Origin: an uncultured delta proteobacterium
Lineage (GTDB): Bacteria; Desulfobacterota; Syntrophobacteria; BM002
Length of the DNA: 64,000 bases
NCBI GenBank assembly: GCA_963712115.1
Contig: CAVQGX010000017.1
Coordinates: 11,259 to 75,258 of the forward strand
Direction: 5' to 3'
Positions 52,523-63,501 of the stretch are shown piece after piece. A program made the translations under genes and the position numbers. The notes beneath the pieces were generated by a model, which saw nothing but the letters and a program-made list of their open reading frames with translations, searched no databases and was not told the DNA's origin. The first letter of the stretch is position 1. Each line of letters opens with the position of its first letter.

Positions 52523-53197
52523 TCACCTGATCTGCACCGAGATATAGACCAAGGTGAGCATGGTGAAGACAAAAGCCTGCACTGTCCCCACAAACAAGCC
52601 AAAAAAGCCATACAAGAAAGGCGGCAAGAGCAGGCCATAAACCAGGTGGGTAACCACTATAATGATGATGCTGCCGCCCATGATGTTGCCAAACAAACGA
52701 AAGGAAATGGATATAACCTTGGCTATTTCGCCGACCACGTTCAGCGGCATAAGAAAAAACATCGGCTCGAAATATTCCTTTAGGTACTTTTTCAACCCCT
52801 TTACTTTGATGGCGGTCCCGTGGGCAATAAAAAAGCCCATAACTCCAAGACCCAGAGTCGTGTTTATGTCCTTGGTGGGCTCCTCCATACCTGGGAATAC
52901 GCCAACCCAGTTGCAGAACAGTAGAAAGATAAACAGAGCGCAGATAAGGGGGAAGTAGCGCTCTTCATAAGCGTGGCCCAGAGCATCACGCACAAGTTCT
53001 CTAAACCATTGAACCAGAAATTCCGCTATTTGCTGCCATGGTCCCGGTATCAGACCTCGGCCTCGAGTGGCCACCCAAGCAAATGCCAATACTAAACCTA
53101 TGACCACCCAGGTCATGATGATTGTCGTACTATTGACTACCAGACGTGTGCCACCAATATGAAAGACCCATTGACTGACTTTTCCGATGCTTTCCAT
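52523..53197 (-). CDS. atpB: ATP synthase subunit a
   Basis: PT.DIN.T, ISISFRLFGN, VQAFVF..L...YI. Confidence 0.95.
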   Translation of the reverse strand: MESIGKVSQWVFHIGGTRLVVNSTTIIMTWVVIGLVLAFAWVATRGRGLIPGPWQQIAEFLVQWFRELVRDALGHAYEERYFPLICALFIFLLFCNWVGVFPGMEEPTKDINTTLGLGVMGFFIAHGTAIKVKGLKKYLKEYFEPMFFLMPLNVVGEIAKVISISFRLFGNIMGGSIIIIVVTHLVYGLLLPPFLYGFFGLFVGTVQAFVFTMLTLVYISVQIR

Positions 53198-53222
53198 AAC
53201 GATTCTTTAGCGCTAAGTGGTT

Positions 53223-53609
53223 CTAGGTGCTGTTGTCTCCCGTCTTAAATGATAAACGGCGGTTGCTTATGACAAAATGGTAGTAGATTGCAGCTTTCAC
53301 CGCAAAAATCCCCCCCACTGTGGCAGCGAAGTTGACTGAAGGTAACTTGATGGCAATAACCAAGGGAACCGAGAGAAGCAGAAAGCGTCCAAAGAGACCG
53401 AAAAAATCTCTAGATCTGCCTTGCCGGGCAAAGCGCCGCTCCAAGCGTCGCGCCATCAGCTTGAATTCCACAACGCTAAATATGCTGCCCAGAGCAATGC
53501 CTTTGGCTGCTGATTTGAGATTTAAGGCCAGGAAAATACAGGCAACGGCCAGGGATATTAACAATGCCTTCTTAATCAGAGCCTTCTGTAGAGTCCCATA
53601 ATCGTCCAT
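53223..53609 (-). CDS. atpI: ATP synthase accessory protein AtpI
   Basis: Basic 4-TM protein directly upstream of atpB. Confidence 0.8.
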   Translation of the reverse strand: MDDYGTLQKALIKKALLISLAVACIFLALNLKSAAKGIALGSIFSVVEFKLMARRLERRFARQGRSRDFFGLFGRFLLLSVPLVIAIKLPSVNFAATVGGIFAVKAAIYYHFVISNRRLSFKTGDNST

Positions 53610-53642
53610 AGTCAATAGAGTGCACTTGCCAACGTTGAAGTC

Positions 53643-53879
53643 TCAGCGCTTTTCGTTCTCTGAATCCTCCAATTCCCTGATCTGCCGATAGACAGTGTAG
53701 CCGCCACCAACTATGCCTAAAAGGATAAAGAGTGTAAGAAAAATGCCTCTTGTTCCGAGCCACTTATCCAGATAGTAACCAATGGCAAAACCGAGGCCGA
53801 TGGAGCCCACCATGGTCAGTCCCAACTGAGAAACCATAGTGAGCTGCTCAAAAATCTTACGGGTCTCTTTACCCAGCAT
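53643..53879 (-). CDS. AtpZ/AtpI family small membrane protein
   Basis: G..IGYYLDKWL.T...F......LG..GG pattern; first gene of the operon. Confidence 0.82.
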   Translation of the reverse strand: MLGKETRKIFEQLTMVSQLGLTMVGSIGLGFAIGYYLDKWLGTRGIFLTLFILLGIVGGGYTVYRQIRELEDSENEKR

Positions 53880-54119
53880 GGAGTGCAAAGGACGCCCGCT
53901 AGGGCATCCTCGAAGGTTGTAAGAAATTTCACTTATGATGGCCAGTCTAACATAGGGTAAATCTTTTGAAATGTCCAGATATTTTTTCGGTCCTGCAAAA
54001 GCGCAGCTTTGATGCTAATTTGCCAGGTTTTCAGGGAATAATTTTGCTGGCGATTAGGACACTGCAGGAAAGATTTTTTTCGGGTTAGTCTGAGTGACAG
54101 GCTGCTGGATTGGTTTTCC

Positions 54120-54148
54120 TTGACACCATCTTGCATGGTTTCTATAAT
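54120..54148 (+). promoter_or_regulatory. Consensus sigma70 promoter of ffh
   Basis: TTGACA-17-TATAAT exact match. Confidence 0.85.
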
Positions 54149-54193
54149 GAATAGCTTTACTACTTTACTGGACTTTCACAGACGATAGCAATT

Positions 54194-55537
54194 ATGTTTG
54201 AAAATCTAAGCGAAAAGTTCAACCGAACTCTCAAACGCCTCAAAGGGCAGGGAAAGCTCACGGACAAACACATCAAGGAAGCTATGCGCGAGGTTCGTCT
54301 CGCCTTGCTTGAGGCGGATGTAAACTATAAAGTGGCAAAGCAGTTTGTGGCTGACCTTGCCAAGCAGGCCACCGGTGCGGAGGTCATGGAAAGCCTCACT
54401 CCAGGCCAACAGGTGGTCAAAATTGTCCATGAGGCCTTGACCGAACTCATGGGCATCGAAGCTGCCCCCCTGGAACTCACCGGCCGCACTCCCCTGATCT
54501 ACATGTTGGTCGGTCTTCAGGGGTCCGGCAAAACCACCACCGCCGGTAAGCTAGCCCTTTATCTCAAAGATCTTAACCGAAAACCTTGTCTAGTTCCAAC
54601 CGATGTTTACCGACCTGCGGCCATCGATCAGCTTCAAACCTTGGGAAAACAACTGTCCATTCCGGTTTTTCCTGCCACCACTCAGATGGATCCTGTGGAG
54701 ATTGCCACTATGGCCCTTGGCTATGCGGGCCAACAGGGATGCGACATCTTGGTCGTAGACACCGCCGGTCGACTCCACATTGATACTGAGCTGATGGACG
54801 AATTGGCTGAGATCAAGGCGAAACTTTCGCCCCGAGAGATTCTTCTTGTCGCCGACGCCATGACCGGCCAGGACGCGGTGCAGGTTGCTGAAGCCTTCAA
54901 CCAAGTATTGGATTTAACTGGAATCATTCTCAGCAAGATGGACGGCGACGCCCGAGGAGGGGCTGCCCTCTCTATGCGCACCGTAACCGGCAAGCCCATC
55001 AAGTTTTGTGGTATTGGCGAAAAATTAGATGCCTTGGAAACTTTTCATCCAGAGCGCATGGCCTCTCGCATTCTGGGAATGGGAGATGTCCTTTCTCTTA
55101 TAGAAAAGGCTGAGAAAGCATTTGATGCCAAACAAGCACAAGAACTACAAGAGAAACTAATAAGGGACACCTTTACCCTTGAGGATTTTCGTGACCAATT
55201 GCAGCAGATCAAGAAAATGGGCTCACTGGAGCAGATTTTGGGGATGCTTCCCGGTATGGGCAAATTGAAACAGTTGCGGCACCTCCAACCTGATGATCGC
55301 GAACTCATACGGGTTGAGGCCATTATCAATTCCATGACCGATGAGGAAAGGCGCAAGCACACGATCATCAATGCAAGCCGTCGCAAACGGATTGCCAAGG
55401 GCAGCGGCACTTCGGTGCAGGAAGTCAATAAACTTCTGAAGAACTATGGACAAATGAAAAAAATGTTGCAGAAACTCGGCAAGGGTGGTAAAGGCGGTAT
55501 CCGTTTACCTCGAGGTGGTATTCCTTTGCCCTTTTGA
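54194..55537 (+). CDS. ffh: Signal recognition particle protein
   Basis: LLEADV, GLQGSGKTT, DTAGR, DGDARGG, RILGMGD, M domain. Confidence 0.98.
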   Translation: MFENLSEKFNRTLKRLKGQGKLTDKHIKEAMREVRLALLEADVNYKVAKQFVADLAKQATGAEVMESLTPGQQVVKIVHEALTELMGIEAAPLELTGRTPLIYMLVGLQGSGKTTTAGKLALYLKDLNRKPCLVPTDVYRPAAIDQLQTLGKQLSIPVFPATTQMDPVEIATMALGYAGQQGCDILVVDTAGRLHIDTELMDELAEIKAKLSPREILLVADAMTGQDAVQVAEAFNQVLDLTGIILSKMDGDARGGAALSMRTVTGKPIKFCGIGEKLDALETFHPERMASRILGMGDVLSLIEKAEKAFDAKQAQELQEKLIRDTFTLEDFRDQLQQIKKMGSLEQILGMLPGMGKLKQLRHLQPDDRELIRVEAIINSMTDEERRKHTIINASRRKRIAKGSGTSVQEVNKLLKNYGQMKKMLQKLGKGGKGGIRLPRGGIPLPF

Positions 55538-55615
55538 TGACTATATGGTCGCTCAGGCCCATTAGTTGAGCACGACTAAATATCCAGATTCGACACGAAG
55601 GAGTAAAAAAAGAGT

Positions 55616-55870
55616 ATGGCTGCACGAATTCGACTCACTCGCAAAGGTACAAAGAAAAAACCATTCTACCGTATTGTAGTTGCTCATTCAGAAGCTCCAA
55701 GAGACGGGAAGTTCCTTGAAATTATTGGTACTTATAACCCTTTGACCGATCCAGCAGAAATCCAGATTGATCCGGAGAGGCTTCGGGTTTGGCTCGACCG
55801 TGGTGCCCAGCCAACGGATACGGTGAGAAGCTTAATTAAGCAAAAGGGTTTGCTCACAGGATCGGCCTAG
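55616..55870 (+). CDS. rpsP: 30S ribosomal protein S16
   Basis: [14 protein letters not shown]...RDG..E.IG.YNP. Confidence 0.97.
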   Translation: MAARIRLTRKGTKKKPFYRIVVAHSEAPRDGKFLEIIGTYNPLTDPAEIQIDPERLRVWLDRGAQPTDTVRSLIKQKGLLTGSA

Positions 55871-56044
55871 AACCGGGAACTACGTTTTCAGGAGGTACTT
55901 TCCGGAGATCCAAAACGGCAGACAGCAAGAACCGGAGCGGTTTTTGAGGGTACTCCGCAAGCCGATGTTGTTCAAGTTTCGGCTGCCGACCTAATTTGTT
56001 CAGAGCCAGACCCATTCTACTCCTTTGGCTTAGTGGAGGTCACC

Positions 56045-56278
56045 ATGTTGAAGGAACTGATCGAGCTTATAGCTAAAGCGCTGGTGGATCACCCAGAACA
56101 AGTTGAGGTTACAGAGTTAGAAGGAGAGCAGACCTCTGTTATCGAACTGCGGGTGGCCAAGGAGGATCTCGGTAAAGTAATCGGCAAACAAGGGCGTACT
56201 GCTCGGGCAATGAGAACGATACTGAGCGCTGCATCCACGAAGATCCGCAAGCGGGCGGTGCTAGAAATTATCGAATGA
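56045..56278 (+). CDS. khpA: KH domain RNA-binding protein KhpA/YlqC
   Basis: [13 protein letters not shown]; located between rpsP and rimM. Confidence 0.92.
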   Translation: MLKELIELIAKALVDHPEQVEVTELEGEQTSVIELRVAKEDLGKVIGKQGRTARAMRTILSAASTKIRKRAVLEIIE

Positions 56279-56793
56279 AAGCGATGATCATCGAGCCATC
56301 GCTCCCCATAGGGAAAGTGGTCAAAGCGCACGGGTTGAGAGGACATTTGAAAGTTCTTCCTTACGGGGAAACCTTTTCAACTCTCTCTGCTGAGGAAAAG
56401 ATCACTGCGAATCTGCCAGACGGCACTTCGTTGACCTTAACCGTCGCAGAGATTCGTCCCCACCAGAAGACTTTTCTGTTAATGAGTCGCGAGATAGGCA
56501 CGGTGGAAGAAGCCCACCGTTTAGTGGGTGCTGAACTTTGTGTGCCCGAGTCGCGCTTGCCTCCTACGGATTCTGGTGAGTTCTACTGGTATCAGCTCAT
56601 AGGACTCGAAGTAGTAAACACCGAGGGGCAGAAGCTGGGAACTCTAGAGGAGATTATTGAAACCGGGAGCAACGACGTCTACGTAGTACGCCGAGGAAGA
56701 GAGGAAATCCTTGTTCCGGCCATAGAAGAGGTTGTCCGGGAGGTGGATCTCCAGCGGCGATTGATGACCGTCGATCTTCCGGAGACTCACTAA
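56275..56793 (+). CDS. rimM: Ribosome maturation factor RimM
   Basis: IGKV...HGLRG, EFYW.QLIG, TGSNDV. Confidence 0.95.
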   Translation: MKAMIIEPSLPIGKVVKAHGLRGHLKVLPYGETFSTLSAEEKITANLPDGTSLTLTVAEIRPHQKTFLLMSREIGTVEEAHRLVGAELCVPESRLPPTDSGEFYWYQLIGLEVVNTEGQKLGTLEEIIETGSNDVYVVRRGREEILVPAIEEVVREVDLQRRLMTVDLPETH

Positions 56794-57531
56794 ATGATCA
56801 TTGACATTCTGACCATATTCCCCGGTATGGTGGCAGGGCCAATTACCGAGTCCATTATTGGTAAGGCCATAGACCGGAAGCTCATTGACATTCGGATCAT
56901 CAATATTCGCGATTACGCTGCCGATCCCCATCGAACTACCGATGACCGGCCATTCGGCGGCGGCAGCGGCATGGTAATGAAACCCGAACCCCTTGTGGCA
57001 GCAATTGGCAATGTTCGTGAAAACGACCCCGCTGCTAGGGTGATACTCCTGAGCCCTCAGGGTAAGCTTTTTGACCAGGGTATTGCTTTTGAGCTCAGTC
57101 GGCTGAATCATATATGCCTGGTTTGTGGTCGATATGAAGGAGTTGATGAGAGGATTCGCAATCATTACGTAGACGACGAAATCTCCATTGGCGACTATGT
57201 TCTCACCGGAGGCGAACTTCCCGCCTTGGTTATTGTTGACGCTGTGGCCAGGCTGCTTCCCGGTGTACTCGGCAGTAATGAGTCCCTAAGCGAAGAGAGT
57301 TTCATCACCGGGTTGTTGGAGTACCCACACTACACCAGGCCTGAGATCTTTGAGAACCATCGGGTGCCTGATATACTTCTTTCTGGCAATCATGGCGCCA
57401 TTCGACGTTGGCGTCGCCAACAGGCCCTCATACGCACCTGGCAGAGGCGACCGGACCTCCTGGAAAAAAACCAACTCAGTCGGGAGGATGAAGAGCTTCT
57501 GGCAGAAGTCATCCGGGAGGAGGGAGATTAG
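56794..57531 (+). CDS. trmD: tRNA (guanine-N1)-methyltransferase
   Basis: [38 protein letters not shown]. Confidence 0.97.
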   Translation: MIIDILTIFPGMVAGPITESIIGKAIDRKLIDIRIINIRDYAADPHRTTDDRPFGGGSGMVMKPEPLVAAIGNVRENDPAARVILLSPQGKLFDQGIAFELSRLNHICLVCGRYEGVDERIRNHYVDDEISIGDYVLTGGELPALVIVDAVARLLPGVLGSNESLSEESFITGLLEYPHYTRPEIFENHRVPDILLSGNHGAIRRWRRQQALIRTWQRRPDLLEKNQLSREDEELLAEVIREEGD

Positions 57532-57613
57532 GAAATTAGGGAATTAGAAAATTTGGGGATGAGTGAATTAGTTTACCCGGTATCTAATTTTCTAATTAAC
57601 TAATTGTCTAATT
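57527..57613. repeat. Inverted gaattagg/ctaatt 8-mer array
   Basis: attaggaaattagggaattagaaaatt...ctaattttctaattaactaattgtctaatt. Confidence 0.7.
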
Positions 57614-57627
57614 GTCATATTAAACAA

Positions 57628-58191
57628 ATGAATGTCCACGTGGCGTTGCTCCACTACCCTGTGTACAACCGTCAGCGCCAGATAATTGTCTCTTCGGTGA
57701 CCAATCTGGACATTCACGACATCGCCCGCGCTGCTCTCACATACGGAGTGAGCCGCTTTTACCTGGTGACCCCGTTGGAAGACCAGCTGAAGTTGATCCA
57801 AAGGCTTCTGTCCCACTGGCGGGAAGGACATGGGTCGACTCGACATCCAGAAAGAAAGCTAGCGCTGGAGCTGGTAACTCTAGCTACTTCATTGGCTGAA
57901 GTAGTTGGGATTATTGAAACTGATTGTGGCCAAAAACCGGAAATGTTGGTAACCAGTGCCTCTTTGGCTGAGGCCACTCTGACCTATTCGGAGGCCAGAG
58001 AAAGAATAAAACAGGGGAAACCCCTCCTTATATTGTTTGGCACGGGATGGGGGCTAACTAAAGAGGTGCTGGCTATGGCGGACAGTACGCTGGCTCCCAT
58101 TCAAGGATTTTCTGACTACAATCATTTGTCGGTGCGCTCCGCAGTCGCCATCATCCTAGACAGGCTGATGGGAAGAATAAACGAAAGGTAG
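57628..58191 (+). CDS. SPOUT-type RNA methyltransferase (trmD-associated)
   Basis: ALLHYPV, TNLDIHDIAR, FGTGWGL, YNHLSVRSA. Confidence 0.88.
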   Translation: MNVHVALLHYPVYNRQRQIIVSSVTNLDIHDIARAALTYGVSRFYLVTPLEDQLKLIQRLLSHWREGHGSTRHPERKLALELVTLATSLAEVVGIIETDCGQKPEMLVTSASLAEATLTYSEARERIKQGKPLLILFGTGWGLTKEVLAMADSTLAPIQGFSDYNHLSVRSAVAIILDRLMGRINER

Positions 58192-58268
58192 TTACTGTAA
58201 GTACAATGCTAGATGCTTAAATGCTGGATACTAGATACTGGATTCCAGTTGGAGGTAAGGAGACTTTA

Positions 58269-58616
58269 ATGGACACTATGCAATTACTTGATAGAGAACA
58301 GATGAGGACAGATATTCCCCAGTTTAAGCCAGGGGATACGGTAAAGGTTCATGTGAGAATTCGGGAGGGAGACAAAGAACGCATTCAGGTTTTTCAGGGG
58401 GTGGTCATACGAAAACGTAAAGGAAAGATAAACTCCACCTTTACCGTCCGAAAGATCTCTTACGGTATAGGGGTGGAGCGAATTTTCCCCCTCCATTCTC
58501 CGATGATCGACAAAGTCGAGCTGGTTAGCCGTGGCCGGGTACGTCGCTCGCGCCTCTATTATTTGCGAAAATTAAGAGGAAAAGCCGCCCGCATCCGTGA
58601 GTTACGACCTCGATAA
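58269..58616 (+). CDS. rplS: 50S ribosomal protein L19
   Basis: [37 protein letters not shown]. Confidence 0.97.
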   Translation: MDTMQLLDREQMRTDIPQFKPGDTVKVHVRIREGDKERIQVFQGVVIRKRKGKINSTFTVRKISYGIGVERIFPLHSPMIDKVELVSRGRVRRSRLYYLRKLRGKAARIRELRPR

Positions 58617-58619
58617 TGA

Positions 58620-58732
58620 TGGTAATCCGTAATCGGTAAACGGTAAATGTCTGAAACTGTATGCTTTTTCCGTTTACCGTTCACTGTTCACCCTTCACCA
58701 GCCTGAAAGCTGATAGCTGAAAGCCGAAAGCT
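58620..58732. repeat. Inverted cggtaaa/ttaccg array plus gctgaaa repeats
   Basis: ggtaatccgtaatcggtaaacggtaaa...ccgtttaccgttcactgttcac; ctgaaagctgatagctgaaagc. Confidence 0.75.
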
Positions 58733-58739
58733 CACAACC

Positions 58740-59405
58740 ATGGCCAGGCGGCCGTCACAATCATCGCTGTTTGCTGAAGATCCTCAAGACCCCTGGTACT
58801 TCGAGCGCGGGGCACACCAGCGCAATTTTCGCCGCATAGCCGGAGTAGACGAAGCAGGCCGTGGTCCCCTTGCTGGTCCTGTGGTGGCGGCAGCGGTGGT
58901 GCTGCCCTACGAAATAGACCTCCCAAACGTCCGCGATTCAAAACAACTAAGCCCTTCCCAGCGCCAAGCCTGCTATGAAAAAATCTGCTCTGTTGCCACA
59001 GATATCAGCGTTGGAGAGGTAAGCGCCGCTGAGATCGACCGGACTAACATACTCGCAGCCAGCTTGAAGGCCATGCATAAGGCAGTTGCGCAGATCGATC
59101 CCCTTCCCGACTTCCTTTTGATCGACGGCCCTTGGGAAGTGGAAATCCACCTGCCCCAACAAGCCCTAATACGCGGAGATCAGTTGAGCATATCGGTGGC
59201 AGCCGCATCCATTGTGGCCAAGGTGCACCGAGACGCCATAATGTTCGCTTATCACCAGAGCTATCCCAACTACAACTTCGCCCAAAACAAGGGCTATGGC
59301 ACCAAGGAGCACCGCACCGCCCTGGCTCGCTTCGGCTCCTGTCCTCTTCATCGACAAACCTTTCGCGGTGTGCCCTCTAAAACTGCCAATCGAAAAACCT
59401 ATTAG
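58740..59405 (+). CDS. rnhB: Ribonuclease HII
   Basis: GVDEAGRGPLAGPV, DSK, AASIVAKV.RD, KGYGT. Confidence 0.96.
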   Translation: MARRPSQSSLFAEDPQDPWYFERGAHQRNFRRIAGVDEAGRGPLAGPVVAAAVVLPYEIDLPNVRDSKQLSPSQRQACYEKICSVATDISVGEVSAAEIDRTNILAASLKAMHKAVAQIDPLPDFLLIDGPWEVEIHLPQQALIRGDQLSISVAAASIVAKVHRDAIMFAYHQSYPNYNFAQNKGYGTKEHRTALARFGSCPLHRQTFRGVPSKTANRKTY

Positions 59406-59427
59406 CCCACACACACAGGGCGAACGG

Positions 59428-59847
59428 ATGCTTCTAAAGCAAGTTATCATGGGTCAAAAGGGCAAGCAAAGAGGAAGTCTTTCTGGAGGATACTCGCATC
59501 AGGGACAGGAAGGTGAACAGCTTGCTGTCCGCCACCTGAAGCGACTGGGATACAGAATTATCTGCCGGAATTATCGTAGTCCTCTGGGTGAGATCGACAT
59601 CATCGCCCGCCACCGAGGAGTTTTGGTCTTTGTGGAGGTGAAGTCCAGAAGCACAGAGACTTTCGGTTCGCCCAAGCTGGCTGTTACACCTGCCAAACAA
59701 CGAAAACTCAGCCAAGTTGCCTGGCATTACCTCCAGCAACACAACCTTACTGAGGCAAGCGCCAGATTTGATGTGGTGACAATCAGCCGGATGCAAGGTT
59801 CACCACATCTCGAAGTCATAGAGAATGCCTTTGATTCTATATACTGA
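59428..59847 (+). CDS. YraN family putative endonuclease
   Basis: GE..A..L...GY....NY....GEIDII...FVEVK...RFDV; start uncertain. Confidence 0.9.
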   Translation: MLLKQVIMGQKGKQRGSLSGGYSHQGQEGEQLAVRHLKRLGYRIICRNYRSPLGEIDIIARHRGVLVFVEVKSRSTETFGSPKLAVTPAKQRKLSQVAWHYLQQHNLTEASARFDVVTISRMQGSPHLEVIENAFDSIY

Positions 59848-59857
59848 AGGCATCAGC

Positions 59858-60010
59858 CACTAGACACTAGGCAGTAGGCACTAAGTATAGTCTTTGGCGA
59901 GACGGGCTAGACGAGCGAGACTGGCGAGACGGGGTAAAGCATGAATTCTCTACAATTTTAATGTTATTGTTTCTCGTCTCGCCCGACCTCCCGACCTCCC
60001 GTCTCGCTAA
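59858..60010. repeat. actaggc array plus gagacg-type inverted element
   Basis: 59915-60010 is a reverse-complement copy of 32936-33030. Confidence 0.82.
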
Positions 60011-60070
60011 ACAGCTGTGAAGCTATGACAAATAAAAACAACGACCTCTGTTTAGCGAAGTTTTAGCACC

Positions 60071-60922
60071 ATGACTGACGAACCTGGAACCCTTTACATT
60101 GTCGCTACGCCCATTGGCAACCTGGAGGATATAACTCTCAGGGCCCTGCGGGTGCTTGGGGAAGTTGATCTTATCGCTGCAGAGGACACCCGTCACACCC
60201 GAAAACTGTTGAACGCCCATGGTATTTCTCGTCCCCTGCTAAGCTACCACGAACACAACATGCGTACCCGGGGGCACCGATTGATCCGTGAGCTTCTTGG
60301 CGGAAAGTCGGTGGCTTTGGTCACAGACGCTGGTACCCCCACCATATCCGACCCGGGGCTGGATCTAGTCCGTCTCGCCATCTCTGAAAATATTCCGCTG
60401 AGTCCAATTCCCGGACCCTCTGCGGTTACCACGGCCCTAGCTGTTTCAGGCCTACCCGTTCAGTCCTTTATATTTCTCGGCTATCCGCCAAATCGCCCTG
60501 CAGCTCGCCGCAAATTTTTTACCAATTATGCCAATGCTGAACATACTCTGGTTCTTTTCGAGTCACCCAGGCGACTTGGATCTAGTCTGAAAGACATGCG
60601 GAAAATATGGGGTAATCGAAGAATAGCCGTGACCCGGGAGTTGACCAAGATCCATGAGGAGGTTTTTCGGGGTAGTCTCGATGAGGCCATAGCCATTTGG
60701 CCGCGAGAGGCTCGCGGCGAGATTACTCTATTGGTCGCCGGCGCACAAAGCGTTAGATCACAACCAGATGACTCTTTCCTTCAACAGTTAAGACTTTGCC
60801 TAACTTCGGATCGCCGCCCCCTAAAAGAAATCGTAGGCGAGTTAGCACAGGAACGTGGCATAAGCAAACGGTTAGTGTACCAGGAAGCGCTCAAGATCAG
60901 GAAAGAGCTATCTGGACGATAG
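60071..60922 (+). CDS. rsmI: 16S rRNA (C1402-2'-O)-methyltransferase
   Basis: LYIVATPIGNLEDIT.RA, AEDTR, DAGTP.ISDPG, RELTK.HEE. Confidence 0.96.
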   Translation: MTDEPGTLYIVATPIGNLEDITLRALRVLGEVDLIAAEDTRHTRKLLNAHGISRPLLSYHEHNMRTRGHRLIRELLGGKSVALVTDAGTPTISDPGLDLVRLAISENIPLSPIPGPSAVTTALAVSGLPVQSFIFLGYPPNRPAARRKFFTNYANAEHTLVLFESPRRLGSSLKDMRKIWGNRRIAVTRELTKIHEEVFRGSLDEAIAIWPREARGEITLLVAGAQSVRSQPDDSFLQQLRLCLTSDRRPLKEIVGELAQERGISKRLVYQEALKIRKELSGR

Positions 60923-60955
60923 CGATCGTCGTCAGTAGTCCGTCGCGTAAGCAAA

Positions 60956-61173
60956 ACTAGGCACTAAGCACTAGGGACTAGGCACCAAATAAAAGAAAGC
61001 GGAACTTGCAGATAAATCCGAAACAAAATAAAGTTGGATGTGAGATTTGAGATCTGAGATGTGGGATACAAAATTCCAATAAAGAAGTCGAATCTCACGT
61101 CACATATCGCGCATCCCACATTTGCTGCTCAGGATTTTTTCAGTGCTTAGTGCTTACTGCCTAGTGCCTAGTA
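60956..61173. repeat. Nested inverted arrays: actaggc outside, gagatgt/atctca inside
   Basis: Outer right arm (31 bp) identical to 37336-37366; inner pair 61037-61121. Confidence 0.85.
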
Positions 61174-61415
61174 TAGATCGCGCTCGGCGCGATCTATTGA
61201 CTTGGCCATGTCCATGTGCTAAGAAAGCATTGCCGCAAGCCGAATAGTAGGTCAGCTTTAGTTTTCCCTAGCACAATTTTTGCAGCCTCTTATCTGGTCG
61301 GATGCTCACCATGTTGTTTAAAGAAAAACCATCCGGCTGGATTTTTTAATTGAACATTTGTGTAGCTTGCACCAGTCCGGATATCCGAGATACCCATCGA
61401 GGGATAGAGTTTCAA

Positions 61416-61682
61416 ATGGCACGAAAGGAATTTACAATCCGCAACAAATTAGGCCTGCATGCAAGGGCCGCCGCCAAGATTGTTCAGACTTCAAGTCAGT
61501 TCCAGTCTAGCATTCGCATCATCAAAAACGGCCGGGAAGCGGATGCCAAAAGCATGTTGGACATCTTGACTTTGTCCTGCCCCCGGGGAACTCTGATCGA
61601 ATTGCGTGCCGAAGGCAAGGACGCCGCCGAAGCCTTGGCGGCACTGGCCGTTCTTTTCGACAATAAATTTGGTGAGGAATAA
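61416..61682 (+). CDS. ptsH: Phosphocarrier protein HPr
   Basis: NKLGLHARAAA (His15) and DAKS (Ser46 region). Confidence 0.93.
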   Translation: MARKEFTIRNKLGLHARAAAKIVQTSSQFQSSIRIIKNGREADAKSMLDILTLSCPRGTLIELRAEGKDAAEALAALAVLFDNKFGEE

Positions 61683-61686
61683 AGAG

Positions 61687-63501
61687 ATGCCCCCCGGCAA
61701 TGCCCGTATGATCCTGAAAGGCATCGGGGTTGCTCCCGGTATTGCTATTGGCAAGGCCTACCGGGTGGATCGTAACAAAGTATCGCTCGTCTACTATTAC
61801 CTACCCTCCCCTGCCCAAATCAAGCGAGAAAAAGACCGATTCGATGCCGCTGTAGACAAGGCTGAAGTTGATCTCAAAGAAATCCGATCCAAAATGGCGG
61901 GAGTGTTCCCTGAACACGCTTATATCATAGATACTCACATCCATATTCTTAGAGACAGGATGCTCTACGATGAGACTATTCGTATCATCGACCAGCAGGC
62001 AATTAACGCAGAATGGGCCTTGAGGCAGGCCCTGGAAAACGCCCAGCAGATTTTCGCTAAAATCGATGACGAGTATATCCGCGGCCGCTTCTCCGATGTT
62101 GACTTCGTTGCTGAGCGGGTACTTCAAAACCTCACAGGCCAAAATAGGCAGAGCGTCGCAGGCATTAGAGAGCGTGTAATCGTCGTCGCCCAAGACCTCT
62201 CGCCTGCTGACACAATCCAGCTCCAGGTAGAGAAGACCCTAGCCATCGTAACCGATATGGGCGGGAAGACCTCTCACACCGCCATCATTTCCCGCTCTCT
62301 GGACATTCCTACCGTAGTAGGTCTTGAGAAGGTTTACCAGGCAGTCCGTTCCGGGGAACTCATGGTGGTGGATGGTCATGCCGGCAAAGTCATTATCGAT
62401 CCCGATGAGGAGTTACTGAACTACTATTACGAACGTCAGTTTCAGCTTGAGCGTTATCGTAAGGAAGTGGTCCGCTGCGCTGAACTCCCAGCCGAGACCG
62501 AAGACGGTTACAACATTAAAATACAGGCCAACATCGAGCTCTTGGAGGAGGTGGTAGCGGTTATTGATAACGGTGCCGAAGGGGTTGGCCTTTATCGTAC
62601 GGAATATCTCTACCTCAATCTCGACCAGCCTCCCGCAGAGGAAACCCTTTTTTGGGACTACCGTGAAGTGGCTGAAATTATCTATCCTGAAATGGTAACC
62701 ATCCGCACCTTGGACATTGGTGCTGACAAGCTGACCACTAGAATGCGAGGATCCGCTGAAACAAACCCGGCTTTGGGCCTGCGGTCAATTCGTCTCTGTC
62801 TCCAAGAAGACGAAACCTTCCGCACCCAACTCCGAGCTATCTTGCGAGTGAGCGGAATTACCAAGAACGTCAAGATTATGTTTCCCATGATTTCCGGTGT
62901 GGGTGAGCTGCGGGCTGCAAAAACCGTTCTCGAGGAAGTGAAGCAATCACTAATTCAGGAGTCCATCGAGTTCGATAGAGATTTGCAGGTTGGTATCATG
63001 ATAGAGGTACCCTCGGCAGTCGCTGTTGCCGATCTGCTTGCCCGTGAGGTAGACTTTTTTAGCATCGGTACGAACGATCTGGTCCAGTATGCTTTGGCAA
63101 TTGACCGGGCTAATGAAAACGTGGCCCACCTTTACGAACCTCTCCACCCTGCCATCCTCAGAATGATCAAACAGGCGGCCGACGCGGGTCGACAGGCCGG
63201 CATCCCAGTTTCTCTCTGTGGCGAGTTGGCCGGAGAACCGCTTTACATACCCATCCTCCTTGGCTTTGAACTGGATTCACTCAGCATGAATCCATTGGCC
63301 GTACCCCGGGTAAAGAAAATCATCCGCAATGCCAGCATAGAAGAGTCCAAGGATTATCTTAATGAAGTCCTCCAATTCACCACCGCCGGCCAGATCAACG
63401 ACTATCTTTGCAAGCTGGCTTGGCGGCGCTTCCGCGAAGACTTCGAGCTTTTTGAAGACGAGATGGGTAAATTGCCTGCTGCCAGTGACAATGGTCCATG
63501 A
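61687..63501 (+). CDS. ptsI: PTS enzyme I (PEP-protein phosphotransferase)
   Basis: GGKTSHTAI, GVGLYRTE, RTLDIG.DK, MIEVPSA, SIGTNDL.QY, CGE. Confidence 0.96.
   Translation: MPPGNARMILKGIGVAPGIAIGKAYRVDRNKVSLVYYYLPSPAQIKREKDRFDAAVDKAEVDLKEIRSKMAGVFPEHAYIIDTHIHILRDRMLYDETIRIIDQQAINAEWALRQALENAQQIFAKIDDEYIRGRFSDVDFVAERVLQNLTGQNRQSVAGIRERVIVVAQDLSPADTIQLQVEKTLAIVTDMGGKTSHTAIISRSLDIPTVVGLEKVYQAVRSGELMVVDGHAGKVIIDPDEELLNYYYERQFQLERYRKEVVRCAELPAETEDGYNIKIQANIELLEEVVAVIDNGAEGVGLYRTEYLYLNLDQPPAEETLFWDYREVAEIIYPEMVTIRTLDIGADKLTTRMRGSAETNPALGLRSIRLCLQEDETFRTQLRAILRVSGITKNVKIMFPMISGVGELRAAKTVLEEVKQSLIQESIEFDRDLQVGIMIEVPSAVAVADLLAREVDFFSIGTNDLVQYALAIDRANENVAHLYEPLHPAILRMIKQAADAGRQAGIPVSLCGELAGEPLYIPILLGFELDSLSMNPLAVPRVKKIIRNASIEESKDYLNEVLQFTTAGQINDYLCKLAWRRFREDFELFEDEMGKLPAASDNGP

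Noticed and set aside
55871-56030. Structured RNA between rpsP and khpA
   Set aside because: Only short stems are visible (e.g. agccga...tcggct); this is insufficient to call an element.
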